DNA of 64,000 nucleotides. Source: Octopus sinensis (Eukaryota). A program made the position numbers and the translations under genes. The notes under the pieces are model-generated. The model did no database searches, was not told the DNA's origin, and was given only the letters and a program-made list of their open reading frames with translations. Shown here piece after piece: positions 63,623 through 64,000 of the stretch (positions are counted from its first letter, which is position 1; every line of letters starts with the position of its first letter). The stretch covers positions 171,988,001 to 172,052,000 of the forward strand of contig NC_042998.1 in NCBI RefSeq assembly GCF_006345805.1, written 5' to 3'.

Positions 63623-64000
63623 ATATATATATATATATATATACATTTACATACATACTTATACATATATACGTGTGTATATGTGTGTGTATGTATGTTT
63701 GTGCGCCTGCGTGCGTGCGTGCGTGTATGCGCATATATGTATGTTTTTTTTTTCTTTTTTGGAGTGGGAAAAAGAAATTAGTAAGCGGTGTGAAGAATTT
63801 CTTTTTCCAGTGGTGTTTTGTTAGCGCAGAGTAAAACCAATTACATGGACCTGTCAAGAATATTCACTTCAGTAATTAATAGCCACACGCAGAGACGAAA
63901 GTTATACAAGAAGAAGGCGATTGTATAATTTCGAGAAAAAAGTGTAAAAGACGATAGAAAAAAAAACCCAGCCAAAGAAATTAAATACAGTAAAATACAG

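Noticed and set aside
781-63857. Numerous ORFs of [16 protein letters not shown] and poly-L/N/S composition
   Set aside because: They are translations of microsatellites with no coding signal.

Overview
This is a gene-poor, AT-rich eukaryotic window dense in microsatellites ((TA)n, (TG)n, (GATA)n, (TTA)n). The tRNA-derived SINE families and repeat landscape look like an octopod (Octopus-type) genome, which is an inference. No host protein-coding gene can be called with confidence; there are only a few candidate small exons. Most of the window is decayed transposons: mariner, Tc1, MULE, a Helitron end, Gypsy, R4/Dong, CR1, RTE and other LINEs, Penelope-like GIY-YIG fragments and four SINE families, plus a degenerate 5S rRNA copy. 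Three things stand out. (1) A single intact 454-aa ORF1-type protein (RRM-like plus CCHC zinc knuckle) lies in a 1751-bp element with no reverse transcriptase, flanked by a perfect 17-bp target-site duplication and inserted 12 bp from a hammerhead ribozyme inside a fold-back element. (2) About ten type I hammerhead-ribozyme motifs, read by eye, mostly sit in short non-coding elements embedded in (TA)n tracts, several with long inverted repeats, resembling Penelope-like pLTR or retrozyme derivatives; three share a CCGANGA core variant. (3) Four further elements carry the hammerhead core boxes in reversed order (CGAAR-N23-26-CUGANGA) with conserved spacing. All calls were made by manual reading; no search or folding program was run, and the boundaries of decayed elements are approximate.
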